DNA of 64,000 nt. Origin: Mobula hypostoma (lineage: Eukaryota). Under the pieces are notes generated by a model. It worked only from the letters and a program-made list of their open reading frames with translations, ran no database searches and had not been told where the DNA came from. The stretch covers positions 94,118,001 to 94,182,000 of the forward strand of contig NC_086107.1 in the NCBI RefSeq assembly GCF_963921235.1, read 5' to 3'. The position numbers and the translations under genes were made by a program. Each line of letters begins with the position of its first letter. The stretch's first letter is position 1. This document shows positions 60,901-64,000 of the stretch, piece by piece.

Positions 60901-63531
60901 CCAAAGGGAGCAACTTTAAGAATGGCTCTCTGAGGCTGAGGCTCAGAGCCACAGTGGGTGATAGGCACCTCTGTTTCCTTATCAAATGAAGAATATTCAT
61001 GGAACAGAGACAAGTACGGCAAAGTACAGGCCCTTCAGTCCACCATGTTAAGCCATTTCTTTAACCTACTCCAAGTTTAATCTAACCCTTCCCTCCCACA
61101 TAACCCTCCGTTTTTCTATCACCCATATGCCTATCAAAGAGTTTCTTAAATGTCCATAATATATAGAGGATAACTGTGCTCTACATAAGACAACTGTGCT
61201 GCTCCAAAGAGCGTTATATGAGGTCATTCTTACCCTCGGCCATTGGGCTCTATAATGAGTCAACCTATAGCTGGGGAAGTGATGACCCTCTCCTGTCAGA
61301 CTGGTTGACATAACTTACTTTTATTCTTCCTACTTCTAATATGTGCTCTTGTAATGCTACTGTGACACTCTAATTTGCTTTGGGATCAATAAAGTATCTA
61401 TCTATCTATCTGCCTGTACCACCACCCCTGGCAGGGTATTCCACACACTCACCATTCTCTTACTTCTGATATCCCCCTATACTTCCCTCCAATCACCTTA
61501 AAACTATGCCCTCTTGTAGTAGCCTCCTCGGCCCTGGGGGAAAAAGTCTCTGGCTGTCCACATTTTCTGTGCCTCTTATCATCTGGTGCCCCTCTATCAA
61601 ATCAACTCTTTCTCTCCAAGAAGAAAACTCCTAGTCCACTCAACCTTTCCTGTAAGGCACGCTCTCTAATCCAAATGAAAAGTCCCGATAAAGGGTCTCG
61701 GCTCTGCATTCCTTTCCATAGATGCTAATACCTGACCTGCTGAGTTCCTCAAGTATTTTGTCTGTGTACTGTACTCTCTAATCCAGGTAGCATCCTGGTC
61801 AATCTCCTCCGCGCCTTCTCTCTAAGTGCAAACATTAAACAAATTTTTCTTTGAAACATTGGGACGGGCCAACAAGTGGCCAAGCTGCAAATGAGAAACA
61901 CGAGGAATTCTGCAGTCGCTGCAAGTGCTGAGGAACACACACACACACACACGAAATGCTGGAGGAAATCTGCAGGTCGGGCAGCATCTGCACAAAACGC
62001 CGAGATCCTCCAGCAGATTTCTGTGCGTGTTAAATTATCGACCTTCCTTCTGCCAGACAGACAGAAGGACGGCACAATCTTCGTTTGTGAACAGAAGTTG
62101 CCGCAAAAGACAAAAGAATATGCAAATAAGCTGTCTATTTATGTTAGCAAGCACCAATAATAAATAACGTTTTCAGAGAGCAGAGATGTGCCCAGCCAAC
62201 ATTCCCAGCCCCCAACAACATGGGCCAGAAGTGGAATAACTAACCCATCTTTACAGTGGAAAGTTGCCGGTATTAAATACCAACCACTTTTCCCTTTCCT
62301 GAAGCTCCTCACTCAGTTCTTGGAATTTCTGCCCCCTCGTATGAGCCATTTCCACCCTGGGAAAAAGACTCTGTCTGTCCATTCAGTCTACACATGTGCT
62401 ACCAGCATCATCATGCACATAAATAAAGGCAGCTTTCCCCCCCAGAAAGTTATAGCCAATCTTTGCTGCAACACCAATCTTTGACAACTTTAGAAATGCG
62501 GCTACTCGCTGGAGTTTAGAAGAATGGGGGGGGGGGGGAATATCATTGAAATCTATCAAATATTGAAAAGCCGAGATAGAGTAGATGGAGAGAGGATGTT
62601 TCCTCTAGTGGGGGAGTCTAGGACCAGAGGGCACAGCCTCAGAATAGAGGGACGTCCATTTAGATGAGGAGGAATTTCTTTAGCCAGAGGGTGGTGAATC
62701 TGTGGAATTCATTGCCACAGAGGGCTGTGAAGGGCAAGTTACTGGGTATATTTAAAGCAGAGGTTGATAGGTTATTGATTAGTCACGACGTCGAAGGATG
62801 GGGGTGAAGGCAGGAGATGGGGTTGAGAGGAAAAATAAATCAGCCGTGATCAAATGGCGGAACAAACGATGGGCAGAATGGCTTGATTGTGCTCCTATGC
62901 CTTATGATCTTATGGTCTCAATTATTTTTACATATTTGTGTTTTAAATAAGTTTCAGATTAACTACCGTGAGTTTTTTTTAAATTAGCTTGTCAAAACAC
63001 TTCCAAACGTCACAATACTCAGCCAATGGCACTGACACATTGTACATATTATAATCATAATTCGGGGTGATTTTTAACTCCAAACCTTACAGCCAAAAAG
63101 GCAATATCACAGACATGCACACTAAAAAAAACAAGGTCGCTGTCAAAAAGTATAACCGAAACATAACGTCAATTGCTTTAAAACAATTCACTGTCAAAGC
63201 TAAATTCGATTCATTTTCTTTACAGCCATTCCTATTGACGCCGTTAAAATTGTCAGCCCGATCGAATACCAAAGTAGAAGTGCTTGTCCCAAAAAGTTTT
63301 CAAACTATTAAGCGACTCCAGTGAAAGGAGGAAACCGCGATTGGAGGTGCCCGAAGGGGAGGCTTTATTGTCACATTGCATAATCAGACAACTCTTTTAA
63401 AAAGTTCTGAGTTTTGTTGCTGGCTTGTTTGTATGGGACGAGGCGTACGGCGGCGTTGGCAGTGAGGGTCCCTCTGGTAGCTCAATGGCTGCAGTGGGTC
63501 ATACTTACTGCGGCGTCTCCAGAGTGTGCAT
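23176..63531 (-). CDS. spib: Spi-B-like ETS transcription factor (Spi/PU.1 family), multi-exon gene model, about 275 aa
   Basis: Five coding exons with canonical GT/AG sites. The exon layout mirrors human SPIB: 23-nt first coding exon, YPD-starting exon, PEST exon with LEVSDSE, terminal ETS exon. One expected microexon is unresolved. Confidence 0.88.
23515..23990 (-). mobile_element. CR1 LINE 3' fragment abutting the ETS exon acceptor
   Basis: [34 protein letters not shown]; tail ends about 20 nt from the splice acceptor. Confidence 0.85.
25900..26605 (-). mobile_element. Penelope-like remnant containing a 73-bp tandem expansion
   Basis: GIY-YIG tail [29 protein letters not shown]. Confidence 0.8.
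25936..26247. repeat. 73-bp G-rich minisatellite, about 4.2 copies
   Basis: Unit starts at 25941, 26014, 26087, 26160 and 26233; copies are nearly identical. Confidence 0.95.
26889..27672 (-). mobile_element. young 5'-truncated CR1 LINE with uninterrupted ORF2 C-terminus
   Basis: Stop-free 211-aa ORF 26986-27621 ([40 protein letters not shown]); (ttctatgt)n tail. Confidence 0.92.
28394..28467. mobile_element. 74-bp hAT (Charlie-like) MITE; related copies near 25187-25248, 35485-35564, 38345-38410, 60360-60437
   Basis: CAGGGGTTCCCAAC terminus; 8-bp TSD CTCTAAAC (28386-28393 / 28468-28475). Confidence 0.75.
29717..29879 (-). CDS. spib: spib PEST exon [54 protein letters not shown](G)
   Basis: Acceptor tcctttcctgtatcctgcag|GTG, donor GGAG|gtcagt; 163 nt, phase 0 to 1. 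Matches SPIB SPVLSEEED..SPALEVSDSESDE. Confidence 0.94.
29990..30630 (+). mobile_element. Rex1/Babar-like LINE fragment
   Basis: KFADD RT motif at about 30014, [30 protein letters not shown]. Confidence 0.85.
30740..32210 (-). mobile_element. Rex1/Babar-like LINE, long RT fragment with a frameshift and degraded active site
   Basis: ORFs 31855-32253 and 31019-31909: [33 protein letters not shown] in place of the expected FADD. Confidence 0.9.
33904..34215 (+). mobile_element. tRNA-derived SINE with RTE-like tail
   Basis: A box TGGCCAAGTGG, B box AGTTCAAGCC; 11-bp TSD AAGTATTGGGA (33893-33903 / 34216-34226). Confidence 0.82.
34463..34659 (-). CDS. spib: spib exon (D)[65 protein letters not shown]
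   Basis: Acceptor tctgcacgcag|AT, donor CAG|gtacgt; 197 nt, phase 1 to 0. Carries DHYW and FTQLQNV motifs of the PU.1/Spi family. Confidence 0.93.
35081..35174 (-). CDS. spib: spib exon [31 protein letters not shown](D), acidic transactivation region
   Basis: Acceptor tgtgtttcttctctacag|TAC, donor ACAG|gtgggt; 94 nt, phase 0 to 1. Resembles SPIB YPDGVFYDLDSCKH and PU.1 YDTDLY. Confidence 0.92.
36145..36735 (+). mobile_element. Penelope-like element 3' remnant
   Basis: [49 protein letters not shown] (GIY-YIG C-terminal half); degenerate hammerhead at 36634-36672. Confidence 0.85.
38480..38920. repeat. GCTGG/GGGCT-based tandem repeat with about 78-bp higher-order unit
   Basis: ggactggttgtgctgggagtgctggtgatatgttggatgtgctgg recurs at about 38517, 38618 and 38696. 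Confidence 0.92.
42354..43286 (+). mobile_element. internally deleted hAT transposon with transposase N-terminal remnant
   Basis: 8-bp TSD CTCTCCAC (42346-42353 / 43287-43294); imperfect TIRs CAAAGTTCCCTCCAA / TTACAGGGAACACTG; remnant ..[15 protein letters not shown]; nested LINE tail with TSD ATATGGAC. Confidence 0.85.
43778..44170 (+). mobile_element. Tc1-like non-autonomous element
   Basis: TA-cactcactggcctctttattaggtac terminus and HTH remnant, as in the other copies. Confidence 0.8.
46540..47165 (-). mobile_element. Rex1/Babar-like LINE 3' end
   Basis: [42 protein letters not shown]; (actttga)n-type tail. Confidence 0.85.
51365..53485 (-). mobile_element. long degraded CR1 LINE
   Basis: [27 protein letters not shown] and [14 protein letters not shown]; multiple stops and deletions. 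Confidence 0.88.
56505..56640. repeat. (TCTA/TCCA)n microsatellite
   Basis: Direct inspection. Confidence 0.9.
56731..57121 (+). mobile_element. RTE-related non-autonomous retroposon
   Basis: 8-bp TSD ACAATATG (56723-56730 / 57122-57129); agaaggcaatggcaatcca segment reminiscent of the RTE/BovA motif; short repeat tail. Confidence 0.65.
57460..57905 (-). mobile_element. Penelope-like remnant with degenerate hammerhead
   Basis: [15 protein letters not shown]; reverse complement ccagtccttgatgaagcaacacggcccaaaatgtcaac. Confidence 0.75.
58695..59240 (-). mobile_element. CpG-rich RTE-type short retroposon inserted in a Tc1-like element (about 58662-59692)
   Basis: 11-bp TSD ACACYTGTACA (58684-58694 / 59241-59251); 3' end encodes SQDRRRWR (RTE C-terminal motif) and ends (ACTG)n. 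Confidence 0.7.
62120..62127 (-). promoter_or_regulatory. octamer motif ATTTGCAT in intron 1 (second copy at 46410-46417)
   Basis: Exact ATGCAAAT on + strand in non-repeat sequence; function not shown. Confidence 0.4.
62503..62918 (+). mobile_element. CR1 LINE 3' fragment
   Basis: gaggaggaatttctttagccagagggtggtgaatctgtggaattc core and cttatgg tail. Confidence 0.85.
63509..63531 (-). CDS. spib: spib coding exon 1 (MHTLETP-Q, ends phase 2)
   Basis: Minus strand reads gttcgcc ATG CAC ACT CTG GAG ACG CCG CA|gtaagt, with GCC before the ATG and a consensus donor. Same length and phase as human SPIB exon 1 (MLALEAAQ). Confidence 0.85.
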
Positions 63532-64000
63532 GGCGAACACAGAAGAGGCGTGAAGTCAAGTCTTCAGTCTTGTTTCTTTTGAGAGCAAGCTCGTGTCCCT
63601 GCAAGCTTTTAAAAAATCTGAATTTTAGGGTGGGAGGAGCCTAATGTTCTGACTGCAAAAAAATCCCCTCAAGTTGCACAATCGATATCGCAGGGAGCTG
63701 TTTAGATCCTGTGTGCGAATGTTTTTTTGGCCGCGCGTGTGTGGCGGTGCAGCGCAGGGCAAAAAGCATCTTATTTCAGTGAAAATGACTCAGTGAACCC
63801 ATTCTCTCACACAACCGTGGGATAAGTGAAAGAGCGAGGAACGCATCTGAAGTAGAACAGCTCTTGGAGGAGACACACTCGTAACTGAACCTGAGCGTCC
63901 GGTCCGGGAACAGTCGGGGAATCGGCGGAGAGGTTTTGCCTCGGATCCCGGCGGTGACAAAGCTGCATGTCTCCAGATCGCGGGGTGGTGGTGGGGGGGG
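63532..64000 (-). promoter_or_regulatory. spib 5'UTR / proximal promoter region (CpG-rich, no obvious TATA box)
   Basis: Unique CpG-rich sequence immediately upstream of the ATG. AP-1 site TGACTCA at 63786-63792; AAGTGAAA and GAGGAA motifs near 63824-63841. Confidence 0.55.

Overview
Eukaryotic, intron-rich, repeat-dense genomic DNA. It is most likely from a cartilaginous fish (ray or shark), inferred from the protein and the SINE/LINE landscape. The one protein-coding gene I can support is a Spi/PU.1-family ETS transcription factor, best matching Spi-B, on the minus strand over about 40 kb. Its coding exons are 63531-63509 (MHTLETPQ), 35174-35081, 34659-34463, 29879-29717 (PEST) and 23495-23176 (ETS domain plus stop). 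Splice phases join exactly between the last four exons. A phase-2 to phase-0 microexon, equivalent to human SPIB exon 2, is required between the first two and was not located with confidence. Most of the rest is transposable element debris: CR1, Rex1/Babar, RTE-related and Tx1 LINEs, Penelope-like elements with minimal hammerhead ribozyme motifs, Gypsy LTRs, Tc1 and hAT DNA transposons and MITEs, and tRNA SINEs, often nested with visible TSDs. The most unusual non-coding signal is a duplicated intronic hairpin with a 46-nt identical core (41159-41204 and 44859-44904) inside diverged flanks. Other points of interest are a duplicated decoy splice acceptor before the ETS exon, octamer/PU-box/RUNX clusters in intron 1, and a switch-region-like repeat. 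Repeat boundaries are approximate unless TSDs are given; no searches or folding programs were run.
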